Of a DNA stretch of 64,000 nucleotides, positions 36,462 to 49,386 are shown in pieces. Source of the stretch: Felis catus. Taxonomy: Eukaryota. The stretch lies in assembly GCF_018350175.1 (NCBI RefSeq), contig NC_058368.1:232688001-232752000 (forward strand). The letters run 5' to 3'. A program made the translations under genes and the position numbers. Each line of letters starts with the position of its first letter. Position 1 is the stretch's first letter. The notes under the pieces were generated by a model, which saw only the letters and a list, made by a program, of their open reading frames with translations, searched no databases and was not told the origin of the DNA.

Positions 36462-38310
36462 CAGAACCAGCTACATAGTTTGTGGGGCTCACGCGAAAAT
36501 GAAAATGTGGGCCACTGTTCAGGAAGCAGATAAAGAAGTCAAGTTAAAAGTACTAAGAAATAGACCCTTTTCATTTAGATATATTACATTATTCGTGGAA
36601 TACAATACGGGTAATTTTATACATGAGTAACGACCCAAACTCATAAATTGCAAAAACTCTCCCAGTGTAATAATTTTATATAATAAGTAATAATAATAGC
36701 TCATTAATGTGATATCTTGATTGAGCATAGGATTTCTATGACTCACTTGTCTGAAAATTCACATCCTACATCACTGAAACGTGAGCCCACGGCAACTTCA
36801 TCTTCTATTGATGAGATCAAAAGCCACATCACTTGCTCTTGGCAAGAGTGAGATCACAAGTAATTTCTGATACGTTTTAATTTTGAGTAGAATCTTTACA
36901 CTTTGTAACGAAGAGCACGATGTATACGCTGTGGCAACACTGGGATACATTTCTGCTAAATTTTGTTGAAGTATACATTTTCCTACATGTAAAGGTGTCG
37001 ATTCTTATAATGTTTCTAAAAATATTTAATTCCTCATATAAATGAGCTGCATGCTTGAATGTAATTGTTTTGATATGTATTTCTTTAAATAGACATTATA
37101 TATTGTATCAGTTTTAGGTTCACAGTAAAATTCAGCAGGATGTTCCCATATACCCCCAGACCCCGCACGCGCACAGCTTCCCTGCCCCCAACGTCACCCA
37201 CCAGAGGGGTGCATTTATCACCATCAGTGAACCTGCACTGACACATCATAATCACTCAAAGTCCATACGTAACAATAGGGCTCATTATTGTATTTTCTAT
37301 GGGTCTGGACAAATGTATAATGACGTGTATCTGCCATGACAGTATCATACAGAATTGTTTCGCTGTCCCACATTTTCTGTGCTCCAACTGTTTACCCGTT
37401 TCTCCCCCAAATCCCTGGAAACCACTGACCTCTTTACTGTATAGTTTTCCCTTTCCCAGAATGTCATACAGTTGAAATCATACAATGAGAGGCCTTTTCA
37501 CACTGGAATATGCATTCAAGGCTCCTCTTAGTAGTATGCGTTTAAGTCTCCTCCATGTTGTTCAGGGGTTGACAGCTCATTTCTTTTTGGCGTCTACATT
37601 CCACCATCTGGATGAACCACAGCTCATTTATCGATTCTCCTGCTGAAGGACCTCTTGGTTACTTCTAAGTCTTGGCAGTTGTGAATAAAGCTGCCATAAG
37701 CATCCGTGTCCAAGTTCTTGTGTTGACTGATGCAGTTTTAAAGGTAAATGTTCATGACGCTGTTTTAATGTCCCGTCTTGCATTTCCTAGAACCTGTGGA
37801 TATAATACAAGAGCTCAAACGTGGATCCATGATTTGTACACATTAGAAAACAGCCGTTTTGGCGGTCAATTACCGTATCAGATAACGTGGCAGTTAATTT
37901 TAAAATGATCTTCCTCATTAATAATAGATTAATCTAAAGCTTCATATGAATGTAATTTTTTTTACCATAAAATGTGACGATATTCAAATTTCATTTCTCT
38001 TTGTAAGCCTGTAGGTATTCCTTTTGCAGATTTGCAGCAATTTCCAAAACAACAGACACCAACTCTTTGAGGATTTGTAAGGACTCCCTGATATGTTTTA
38101 TCACAATGTCTCTACGAAGGCTGCTATTTTGTAATAATTTACTGACAACCTCTGCTGCCCAAGCCCCAGGAGTTTCTGTCTCAGGCTGCAGAGTTGATCC
38201 TTTTGTGTGGATGCTGCAGGCAGCGCCGCCCCCAACAAGCCCCAGCCCTGCCTCTCCCTGGGGCCCCCTGCTCTCCCGCAGCCTCACCTCTGCCACCTCA
38301 TAGGCACCTG
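36462..38310 (-). mobile_element. hAT-Tip100 (Zaphod-like) DNA transposon fossil with transposase remnants, split by an L1
   Basis: Terminus cagaaccagctacatagtttgtggggc..aaaatgaaaatgtgg; minus strand ~36895-36745 reads RFYSKLKRIRNYL*SHSCQEQ..LLISSIEDEVA (hATC-like); 37991-38150 reads VVSKLLQNSS..DIVIKHIRESLQILKEL. Confidence 0.8.
37085..37722 (-). mobile_element. Old L1 (L1MC1/MB-like) 3' end inserted in the hAT element
   Basis: 'cagttttaggttcacag.aaaatt', 'cccaccagagggg..catt', 'gtgaataaagctgccataagcatccgtgtccaagt'. Confidence 0.85.
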
Positions 38311-38339
38311 CAGTATCTTGTCTGTTCTTGTTTCTTAAA

Positions 38340-38626
38340 ATATATATATATATATTTATATTATTTTATTATATTATTTATTTTATTATTATATTTATAT
38401 TATATATATTATTTATATATTTATTATATTATATATATTTATATGTAAAATATATATATATATTTCTTTCTGGGAGAGTACAAGGTGGGGAGAGGCAGAG
38501 AGAGGCGGACAGAGGATCCACAGCGGGCTCTGACAGCAGTGAGCCCGATGTGGGGCTCAAACTAACAAACCTCGAGATCATGACCTGAGGCCAGTTAGGG
38601 CACTCAACCCACTGAGCTGCCCAGGT
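38340..38626 (-). mobile_element. Can-SINE with tail expanded into a (TA/TTA)n tract
   Basis: AT-only tract 38340-38463, then SINE body to ..gagctgcccagg. Confidence 0.88.
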
Positions 38627-39040
38627 TCTTTGCTCCGCTGTCACTCTCTCCCTTCTCTTCTCTTCCGGGCACTGTGGATTTGGGGGAACCATCTCTGCAT
38701 GCCTCCGTTCAAGGGCCCCCAAAGTGAACGCTGGGTTCTCATCCTCTCAGAGGGGGAATTAGGGGTCACTCCACTTTGCTGCTTTTGTCTCCTGGGGAAG
38801 CTCACTCCGTTAGCCCAATTCCTTGCCTTCCCTTCTGAAATGCTAGCGGTCTGTGTCCCGCTGCTTAAGCCACGCTATTCTCAGTCTCTCTTCCCCAGAG
38901 TGATCAGCGGTTCTGCCTAATGCAGACTGTCAAGTGTGTGAACCCCAGTCTCCCTTCCTCCCCCCTCCCCAGTGTATGTACCTGAGGCTCCAGGCACACA
39001 AATTGGATAACCAAAGGTATTTAAACTTTGAAAGAAGCAG

Positions 39041-39253
39041 GGAAGGCACCTGGGTGGCTCAGTTGGTTAAGCGTCCAACTTCGGCTCAGGTCATGATCTC
39101 ATGGTTGGTGGGTTCGAGCCCCACATCGGGCCCTGTGCTGACAGCCCAGAGCCTGGAGCCTGCTCTGGATTCTGTGGCTCCCTCTTTTTCTGCCCTCCCC
39201 TGCTCATGCTCTGTCTCTTTCTGTCTCAAAAACGAACAAACATTAAAAAAAAA
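39041..39253 (+). mobile_element. Can-SINE
   Basis: Head, B-box and tail; flanking repeat ctttgaaaga. Confidence 0.95.
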
Positions 39254-40427
39254 TAATACTCTTTGAAAGAGGAGAGCAAAGGAAAACAGATGCATGCATA
39301 TATGCTTGTGTGTCTTTGTGTGTGCATTTGTGTGCATGTGTAAAGTAACCAGATTGGCTCGCCAACATAATAAAGATTGCTTTCCAGGTCCTCTTTCCTC
39401 TCACTTCTTTTTCCTTTAACAATGAGAAGGCAGGCAAAGGGAAAACACCAGATCACCAGTTTCACGATGGGGCAAAGACTGGCTACAAAGAAGCGAAAAC
39501 TATAGAATAAGAAAAAGTGTTGTCTCCATGGTGCGTGTTCACCATTTCTAAAACCTTCCACCCATTGTGGGTGGTCTTTCTTAAGAGACACAAGAAATCT
39601 TGATTCTTTTCATTTGCACACGATTTCACGATTTCACATGTACAACAAGCCGGAGGTGAATTGTGGGGAATATTGTAGGGAGTTCAGCCGTTGGCAGGCA
39701 CTGCTTCTTCCCTTTACCAAGTGAAAGAGGAGAAATAAATGGTGTTGATAATGATCTTAAGAGTATAGTTGAACTTCTTGGAAGTTTAGAATCCTGGGGA
39801 AATTCGGGGCCAATTTGCAAGGCTATTCTAATTGAATAACCATCTCCCTCTCTCCCTCTCTCATTTGGTGGTTGACGTCTTTATTGCTTTGGCTGGGGGG
39901 TGGGGGGGCAGGTGCTCAGGAGCTGGTGGTGGGGCGGGCCACTCGCTCTTCACCATTAGAGGCTCAACTGCCCTCAAGAATGCACGTGATGCCACATAAC
40001 CCGTGTCCTTTCGGGAACTCGGACACCCCTTCCCCCCGCCGCCCCCTGGCCTGACCTAGGATTCAATGAGCGGTTACATATTAGGAAGACATAACCCCTC
40101 CTCATTAGAAAGACGGCTGAGGCATGAGTCACCAAAGGGCAATATTGTTGGCCTGCAGCAAAAGCTAGTAGAGAATGTAATGGAAGGATGAGGGAAGACA
40201 GAAAGCCCGGGGCTGAGACGTCCAAGTTACCATGACATTTACAAGTTAAGGTGAAACAAAGATGCAACTATGTCTACTTTTAAAAGTGGAGACCAAGAGT
40301 TGCTGAGCCCAGCAAGTGGGGTGTTGGAGGAGAGGGGAGGTGGGAAGAAGGCTCATGTGCCTCGGGAGAATTATAGCCGGAGAATAATTGTTGGTATCCT
40401 GGTTTAACCGGCTTGTCTGCAGCTCTG

Positions 40428-40536
40428 TATGTTTATATTATATATATTACATTTATATTATATACATAATATATTACATATATATATATATTTCTATGTT
40501 TATTTATTTATCTTGAGAGAGTGCAAGCAGGGGAGG

Positions 40537-40578
<42 letters not shown>

Positions 40579-40691
40579 GAAGCAGCCTCCATGCTGCCAG
40601 CTCAGAGCCCCAAACTCATGAACGGTGAGCTCATGACCTGAGCTGAAATCAAGAGTCAGATGTCTAACTGACTGAGCCACCCAGGCGACCC
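40428..40691 (-). mobile_element. Can-SINE with (TA)-rich tail and (GA)n
   Basis: Antisense SINE ending ..ccacccaggcgaccc. Confidence 0.92.
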
Positions 40692-40739
40692 GAGCATGGC
40701 AAATATATTAATGTATTAAATAAAGCCTGACTTCCCCGA

Positions 40740-41286
40740 CGTGGCAGATGGCATTAAAGGGGCCACAACACTGTCTCCCCTCCTATATGTTCTTTTGCAA
40801 GTTTCTTGTCTCCTCAAAGGGTGGGAGTTTTTTCCCTTCCCTGGGAACCTGCCCTGCCCTCGAGGGCTCTCAACAACAGAACACAGCAGAGTGAGGTTCT
40901 GGGACTTGCACGTGTAGGCATTAAGAGTGTCTCCCAACTTTCACTCTCCTGCTCCTGGGCAAGCCAGCTACCGGGTCAGACTTCCGCTTCCCCCAGGATG
41001 GCCATACTGTGTTGAGTAGGGAGAGGCACACAGAGGAAAAAACAGGTCCCCCCCCCTCCCCCCGGTATCAGAAGACAAAAGCCAGAACCAACTTGCTGGC
41101 CACGTGAATAAGACCCTCTTGGGAGTAAATACTAGAGACCAGTCGAACCACCCAGGTGACACCATGAAAACCAGAGAACGGTTCTCCCCCCTAAGCCCCG
41201 CCCACACTTCAGAACCATCTGTATGTAATCGTATTTTAAACCATTGAGTTTTAAGGGATGTTCTAACAGCAAGAGATAATCAAACC
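40740..41286 (+). mobile_element. MaLR LTR (MLT1G/H-like)
   Basis: 'gtggcagatgg.attaaa.gggccacaa', 'ggtgggagtttttcccttccct', end 'ttttaaaccattgagttttaaggg.tgtt.taacagcaa.agataa'. Confidence 0.75.
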
Positions 41287-42047
41287 CGCCTCTCGTATAC
41301 CCTACGGCTCCCTGCACACTAAGTCCCCAAATTCCACTGACTCTGACCTCCACCTGATTAGTGAGTGAGTGTTTGATAGAGTGTTCGAGCCACCGCCCAG
41401 GCCGTCGAGCAAGAAACACTCCGGTTATTCTAAATTCAGGGAGTTTTAAAACAGGATTCGTCGCTTAGGTGATGGAAAGGTCCACAGGCATATATTTACG
41501 TGTGGCGATTTAACTGCCATTAAATTGTGGCCACGGGAAGAGGTAGCGTTGGCAGTAACCCAAAGCAAGGGACACCTTGATGAGCTGGAACACCAGAGTA
41601 GAGCAGCGCAGCCGAATTCGGAACCATGGTGCTTAGGGCTTCCAGTAGGATCTAGAGCAGTAAGGCGGATGCGGCCAGGACTGGAAGCATGACCTGGGGC
41701 AAAAACGGGGTTGGGGGAGGACAGAAATACTCTGGGGTCTCCATTTCTTCTCCTCTTCAGTCTCCCGGCAGTGCCTTCCATCGGTCAAACTGAAAGGGAA
41801 GCCAGACGACATGGCAACCCGGGCAACAGAACCTGTTGTTGGCGCCCTGTGACACGTAGGGCAAGAGAAAAATAGATCCGAAACCAACAAGCTATGCAAC
41901 CAGCAAGGCCCCTGGGGCAGTCGTCTGTGTTCCTGGGGGAGCATAACCTACGGCCGGCGAGCCCGCTTCCCGGGCACTGTACTGTTCATCAAAGTGACAC
42001 ATTCTTGTCTCAAAAGTTTCAAGTATTTTGAGGAAAGGGACTTTGTT

Positions 42048-42432
42048 TTTTATGGGCGGAGCTGTGTCTCTCTACCCCCCACCCCATTCAGGTATTGAAG
42101 TCTTAATCGCTGGGACCTGAGAACGCAACAGCTCTTGGAGATCGTGTCTTTAAAGAGATGATTACGTTCAAGTGAGGTCATGAGGACGGGCCCTAATCCA
42201 CTGTGATTGGTGATTTCCTAAGAAGAGAGGATTTGGACCAGACAAGCGCAGAGGAAAGACGATGCGCACACACAAGGAGGAGACAGCCAAGGAGAGAGGC
42301 CTCAGAAGAAACCAACCCACAATCACCTCGATCGCGGCCTTCCAGCCTCCGGAACGTTGGGAAAATAAATTTCTGTGGTTGAAACCATTCGGTCGCCAAT
42401 ACTTTGTTACAACAACGTTGGCAAAACGGTAG
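42048..42432 (+). mobile_element. MaLR solo LTR (MLT1A/B-like), unusually CpG-rich
   Basis: 'gtctttaaagagatgatta', 'gggccctaatcca', 'gccaaggagagaggcctcagaagaaaccaac', 'ttccagcctcc.gaac..tg.gaaaataaatttctg'. Confidence 0.9.
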
Positions 42433-42914
42433 ACTTTTTTGATTGCTTTAAATTGATTTCTTTTTCCTTACAGCCTCACTGCTCTCGGCAGGACTGAGAC
42501 AGCTTCACAGCAGTTGTTAGGTCGACGGACACACAGCTGAGTGGCAAATGGTGCTATTGTCCACAGCATCGCACTTCCTAGAAATAAGCCAAATCCCAGC
42601 TACTCGGGGCCCATGCAAATGCGCCTCCTGAGGACGTGCTCAGAAAATCAGAAATGCGGATTAATTCCGCTAACCCTGTCAGGTTAGAGCGTCTGTGTGG
42701 GGCCAGGGTTAACGTGACCCTGAGAGGGAGACCCCTGTTACTAGACCCTACAGTGAATGAGGAACATGCTGGGAGCAGACCTTGTAAACACCTTTGCTCC
42801 CCTGGCGGCCGTGATTAAATGTATCTCCTCGTGGTAGATTATTGATGTGTGTATGTTCTAACCCCATATGCACATTGCACACAAAGACAGGTCAGTCAAT
42901 GAAAAGAGCCTTCT

Positions 42915-43130
42915 TTTTTTATATATATAATTTTTTTAGTGTTTATTGTTGAGAGAGAGAGAGAGAATGAGAATGAGTGGGGGAGGGGAGGAGAAAGAGA
43001 GGGAGACACAGAATGTGAAGCAGGCTCCAGGGTCTGAGCTGTCAGCACAGAGCCTGATGCAGGGCTGGAACCGTGACATCATGACCTGAGCTGAAGTCAG
43101 ATGCTTAACCGACAGAGCCCCCCAGGTGCC
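42915..43130 (-). mobile_element. Can-SINE
   Basis: Antisense tail, (GA)n, body and head. Confidence 0.93.
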
Positions 43131-44341
43131 TTCTAGACAATTCAGTTTACTAGCCTGAAGTGCCTTGGGATATCAGAATCGTTAAGAGCACACGTTTCAT
43201 TGTTGGCTTGTGGCAGTGTGGAGAAATAAGGAAAGTTATGAATCTGAAATACAGAATTATAAAATGACAAACAATGAGCTCGGTGACCTTATTAAGATGG
43301 AGTGAGCTGATTTAAAGTGACTTCTGCATCAGCCTGTTTTCTGTTTGGGTGGGAAAATGACACTGTGTAAAGAATTGTAATTTTCTCAGGAGTTTATTAA
43401 GAATTTTTTCAAAACGCAGAAAACTGACGGACATTTACGATGAATACCCAAGTAGCCACCACCTAGGTTTTACCATGATCATTTTTTTCTACTTGCTTTC
43501 TCACATGTCCACAAACCCGTCTCTGTATATTCATCACTTCGTCTGTTTTCTGAAGCACCTCAAAGTAAGTTGCAGCCATCAGCACACAATCTTTTAAATG
43601 CTTGCGTATGTAGCCATTAATCCGATTGAAACGTTTACAGGATCTCTGCAAATTACATACGCCATGAAAGGCACAGACAAGAAGCATACAACTGATGAGT
43701 TTTCCCAACTGTATACACTTGTAATCCCAACCCCTATCAAAATATGAAGTATTGATCTTACCAGGGAAAGTTCCCCCACCCTTCCTCCACCCCAGAGAAT
43801 ATTCACTCCTACTTCACTCAGTTTGGCAACCGTTGTTCAAATTTGTTTACCAAGATTGGTCTGGCTTGTGTAGAATTTCATGTAAATGGAATGAAACTAT
43901 ATATTCTATTGTGTGTTAGGCTTTGTGCCCAGAGTGTTTTTGTGACTCATCCTTGTTTTGCGTGTCTCACACATTTGTTCCTGTTTATTGTAGAGTGGTG
44001 TTTCACTGTAAGAATGAATATGCCCACATTTGTTTGACCATTCATCTACTGAAGGACGCCAGGGATGTTTTCCAGTTTTCAGCTATTATAAATTAAGCTG
44101 CTCTGGGCATTCTCGGACAAGTCTTTTTGTGAACCTGTTTTTTATTTATCTTGAATAAATAAATAGGAGTAGAACTCTGGGTCATAGAAAAGGTATGTGT
44201 TTGGCTTTTAAAGAAACTGTCAGAATGTGTTCTATGTCAGAACACTTCAAAGTGATGGCACCACATTGCATTTTTCCTGGCATTGCATGAGAATCCAGCC
44301 GTCCCAATTCCTCACCAACATTTGGTGTCGGAAGTCTTTTA

Positions 44342-44581
44342 TTTATTTTTTTCTTATTTTTTTTAAATTTTTTTTTCAACGTTTTTATTTATTTTTGGGA
44401 CAGAGAGAGACAGAGCATGAACGGGGGAGGGGCAGAGAGAAAGGGAGACACAGAATCGGAAACAGGCTCCAGGCTCTGAGCCATCAGCCCAGAGCCTGAC
44501 GCGGGGCTCGAACTCACGGACCGCGAGATCGTGACCTGGCTGAAGTCGGACGCTTAACTGACTGCGCCACCCAGGCGCCCC
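44342..44581 (-). mobile_element. Young SINEC_Fc-type Can-SINE
   Basis: Full-length with long T tail; TSD tcggaagtctttta at 44328-44341 and 44584-44597. Confidence 0.97.
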
Positions 44582-46374
44582 AATCGGAAGTCTTTTAAAG
44601 GTTAGCCTTCTTGGTGGCCATTTTGGGGTGTGAGATTATATCAAATTATGGATTTAGTTTAGGCTTCCCTGATGACAATTGGAGTTGATAATTTTTTAAT
44701 GTGTTTATTGACCATCCATATGGATTATTTTGTGAAATGTCTATTGAAATCTCTGGTCCATTTTTGTTGTTGTTGTTGTTTATGTGTAATAGAAGTAAGA
44801 ACTCTATTTTGTCTTGTGGCTGGTCGTGGTGGTGAGAAGGCATTCAATATTTGATTACTAAATGTAATGGTAGTTGTAGGGTTTTTTATATATGCCCTTG
44901 ATCAGGTTGAGAAAGTTCTCTTCTGTTCCAATTTTGCTGAGAGGTTTTATCATAAATGGGTGTTGGATTTGGTCAAATTATTTTTAAGCATACAAGATAT
45001 TTTATTCTCATAAAATGCATTAATTGATTTTTAAGTCAGCTTTAGTTTGGGGAACAGCTTTCTGTTTACCGGAAGTTTGAGAAGCTATTACAGAGAGCTC
45101 CCATATATCCTGCAGCCAGTTCCAGTTCCCCTATTATTAATACCTTACATAAGTACCGTTTGTTGTGATTAATTAATCAATATTGATATTTCATTTTTAG
45201 TTAAAGCCTATCTTTTATTTAGATTTTCTTAGTTTTTAACCTAATGCCCTTCTACTTTGTTCTTGAATTCCACCCCGGACAGTACACTTAGTTGCTGCTT
45301 CTCCTAAGGCTTTGCTTGGCTATAAAAGTTTCTCAGATTTTGCTTGATTTTGATGACTTTGACCACTCGAAGAGTATTGGTGAAGTATTTTATAGAATGT
45401 CCCTGTGATTGAATGTTTCTGGTATTCTTCTAATGATTAAACTGGGGTTATGGATTTGGGGGAGGAAAACCATAGAGGCTGAGTGTCATTTTTATGCCGT
45501 CATATCAACATGGGCGCATATTACCAATATGACTTATCACTGTTGATTTTGACCTTGATCACTGTTGGAGATCATGTTTTTAGGTTTCTCCTCGGTAAAG
45601 TAACTCTACTCTTCACTTCCCATAATGTACTCTTTGGCAGGAAGTCACTGCCCACGGCCCATATGTAAGGAATGGAGTTTATGTTCTCTCTTCTTGAGGG
45701 TGGAGAATCTATATAAATTATTTGGCATTCTTCTGCACGTAAAATCGGTCCCTTGTCTCTAATTTATTTATTCAATTATTCATATTAGTATGGACTCATG
45801 AATATTTATTTTGTACTTGGGGTTACAATTTGAAGTTTCTTTCTTTCTTTCTTTCTTTCTTTCTGCCAAATTTATCCAGTGTTGACCATCCAGAACTTTT
45901 TCCTTGTCACCTACACCCTAAAACATGCATGTGATATAAGCTGCCAGTTTTTTGTGGATGCTCTTTATCAGGGTGAGCAAATTCTCTTTCGCTTCTAGAT
46001 TGTTGCTGAGATTTTTTTTTTATCATGAATAGATATTGTAGTTTGCCAAATACTTTTTCTCCATCAACTCATATGGTCATGTGGTATTTCTCTTTTAGAC
46101 TATTAATATGGTAAATTATATTGAGTATTTTTGTAAATATTGGCCTAGCCTTTGTCTCAGGAATAAACCCCTATTTGGTGCCAACAAGTTTTAGATTACA
46201 TAGATAGATAGATAGACAATAGATTTAGATTTAGTTTGCTAATATTTTGTTGAAGATTTTTATGTGTATGTTCTTGAGGTATATTGTCTATAATTTTACT
46301 TCTTTTTAATAAAGTAATGTCTTTTCGTGGTTTTGGTATCAGGAAAATACTGTACTCAAAAAATAATTTTGGAA

Positions 46375-46375
<1 letters not shown>

Positions 46376-46413
<38 letters not shown>
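46376..46413. repeat. (GT)n microsatellite
   Basis: Direct reading. Confidence 0.95.
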
Positions 46414-46416
<3 letters not shown>

Positions 46417-47818
46417 CTATTTTCAGGAAAAGATTACATAGAAGTGTTATTCCTTCCCTAAAGTTTGGTAGGCTCTACCAGTGAAATCATCTAACCTGAT
46501 AATTTCTTCTTTTTTTAAAAAAGGTTTTTAGCCACTAATTAAATTTTTGTTATATTAACAGAGGACTATTCAGATAATCTGTTCTGTCTTGGGTGAGCTT
46601 GGGTAGTTTGTGCTCCTTGTGGGATTGGTCCATCTTGTTTCAGTTATCTAATTCATGCACATAGAGCTGTTTATAGTATTATCTTGGTATCTTTTTAAAG
46701 TCTGTGAGATTAGGAGTGATAGTCCCTCTTCATTCCAAGTGTTTGTAACTTAGGTGCTCTCTCTCTTTCCTTGTCAGTTCTGCTAGCCATGTTATCAGTT
46801 TTACTGATCCTTTGAAAGGTCTGGTTTTGGTTCACTGATTTCTCTCCATTTTTCTGTTTTCACTTTCATGGATTTCTGCTCTTATTTTATACTCACTTCC
46901 GTCTTACTTTTGGCTTATTTTGTTCACATTCTTTTTTTCTAGTAAGGTAGGTCACCAACTTCAGACACCTCTCCATGTCCCCGGGCATTAGTTTTCCCAT
47001 CTAGCACAACTAAATTTATTTTCCACGTATTGGGATATTTTGTATTTTCATCTTCATTCAGTTCAATATGCTTTTCAAATTTCCTTGGAGACCTCCTCTT
47101 TGGCACAGAGATAATTAGATGCATCTTGTTTACTTTTCAAGCATCTGCTGGTTTTCCCTCATCTTTCTGGTACACATTATGGTTAGAGAATCACATTATG
47201 GTTAGAGAACATATTTTTATACTTTCTCTAATATTAAGACCCATTTAGATTTGTTTTATGACCCAAAATAAAGCATATCTTGGTGACTATCCCTTGGGCA
47301 CATGGAAGAGATATGTGTTCTGCTTATGTTAATTGGAGGGTTCTATAAATATCAGTTTTATCCCATTTGTTGGTGCTGGTGTTAGTTCTTCTGTATACTT
47401 TCTGATATTCAGTATGATAGTTACATACATCAGTTACAGAGAGGAGAGTTATTCATGTGCACAAACATAATTGTGAGTTCATCTATTTCTTCTTTCATTT
47501 CTGTTAGTTTTTCCTTTGTGTGTTTTATATCTCTGTTGTTTGGTGCATACCCTTTAGTATGGTTAGATCTTCTCAATGAAGAGCACTTTCATTGTCATGG
47601 AATGTCCTTTCCTTCTTGGAATATTTTTTCTCTAAAGTCTAATGAGTCTGAACTTCAGCTTTTGTTTGATCTGTTTTTGTATAACATTTAAAAAAATCTT
47701 TTTCTCTTTTTCTTACATGGATCTTTCTATTTGAAGTGAGCTTCTTATAGAAATCATACAATTGGGTCATTTGTTCAATTCATTCTGACAATTTCTGTGT
47801 GTATAGATAATTTACTTT

Positions 47819-48015
47819 AAAAAGTTTATTTGGTTTTGAGAGAAAGAGAGAGAAAGAGCAGAGGGCATAGAGAGGGGCAGACAGAGAATCCCAAACAGAG
47901 CCCGCACTGCAAGCGCAGAGCCTGATGTGGGGCTCAAACTCAGGAAACATGAGATTGTGACCTGAGCTGAAATAAAGAGTCAGACACTTAAGTGACTGAG
48001 CCATCCAGGTGCCCC
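47819..48015 (-). mobile_element. Can-SINE (older)
   Basis: TSD tagataatttacttt at 47804-47818 and 48016-48030. Confidence 0.94.
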
Positions 48016-48247
48016 TAGATAATTTACTTTTAGTGTAATTATCAGTATGCTAGCATTTATGTCTTTCATTTTATTATTTGTTTGGATCATTGATTTTTAA
48101 TGAGTTTTTACTAGTGAATCTAGAACCTATACTAATAGAATTAATGAATGATATCTTATTTCATTGTTCTTAAAATACATGTTTTAATAATGGGACAAGT
48201 GATTACAGTAATGAGTACAATTTGAATGAAATATTAAGAGAACCCGG

Positions 48248-48420
48248 TAGACTGCTAATGAGTACAAGGCTTCTTTCAGGTTATTGAAATATTCTAAACT
48301 TAGATGTTAGTGATGGTTACACAACACTGTGAATGCATTGAAACATTTCATTGTATATTTTAAATGAGTGAATTGTATAGCACATGTAAATTATATCTCA
48401 GTTATGCTGTTAAAACACAA
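48248..48420 (+). mobile_element. L1MB-like 3' end
   Basis: 'gactgctaatgagtacaag', 'gtgatggttacacaacactgtgaatg', 'gtaaattatatctca'. Confidence 0.8.
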
Positions 48421-48789
48421 AGGTAAAAACAAACAGAAAAGCTGGTAAATCAATTTGGTGGTCCTGTTTTACAGGTTTTAATGTTGACAAATGACCACAC
48501 CAAACAAGAAAAAAGTCTCACCCTGTATTTGAAGATAGATATGAAAGAAATTTAATAAAATGGCAAGTTCCCTTTCAACTTCTACAAATTAATTTCACAG
48601 TAATGTCTCAGGGGCAGCATTCAGCATCAATAAGGTCTGTTTAGTGGTTGTTTAGTTTGGGGGTATTGTAAAAACATCTCTGCTTGAATTTCTCTTCTAT
48701 GTAGATACAAATTAAAGAGTGAAGAGAATTTGATAATACAGAGAGAGAAGGATGCAAGAAATATACAAACTACTCCACAGCTGAGTCAT

Positions 48790-49310
48790 AATGGACTCTC
48801 CTCTGAAATGTTCCACAGGCCACGTAGGCTAAGTCCAAAACAGGCTCCACAGCCACGGCCATTTCTACAACTACTCCTTCCTTCATCTGTTAGCAGTGCC
48901 CATTTGCTCAAGCCAAAACCTTGCATCACCCCTCAGTCCCTCCCTCTTTCACTCCAACAATAGACTGTGTTTCTGAATTATCTCTTGACCATAATCCAAG
49001 TCCATGGTAATTCCACTTACCCCTAACTACTGACTGCCCTCTAGTTTGTAAAACCTTACGTCCTTCATGCTGAGATCCCCTCACACTGGCCACCCCTGCA
49101 CTTCACGCCCAGCCAAGCGGTCTCTTGATCACATCATGCATTTTTCACAGATGGCATTTTCTTCTTGGCATTTGTGCCCCTATCTTCCCTACAAATTTTA
49201 CTCATATTTATCAGTCCAGAAAAAAAAATCTTAGCTTCTCTCTGAAGCCCTAGTTGGCCAGCTTGGTTCACCCAGCGTTTTGCCATTTACATGTTTAATA
49301 TTATATTGCA
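48790..49310 (+). mobile_element. L2 fragment
   Basis: 'ttgctcaagccaaaacct', 'cctccctctttcactcc' and other pyrimidine-rich L2 3' motifs. Confidence 0.65.
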
Positions 49311-49325
49311 ATGAGCCCAGCTTGC

Positions 49326-49355
49326 CTTTTTCTTTTCTTTTCTTTTCTTCTTTTC

Positions 49356-49386
<31 letters not shown>

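Larger units (their letters stand above)
43380..48100 (-). mobile_element. Cluster of old antisense L1 fragments (L1MB/MC/ME-like), interrupted by SINEs and microsatellites
   Basis: T-rich antisense L1 motifs: 'tttcatgtaaatggaat', 'cattgcatgagaatccag...cctcaccaacatttgg', 'ttttatcataaatgggtgttggattt', 'ttgctaatattttgttgaagatttt'. Confidence 0.85.
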
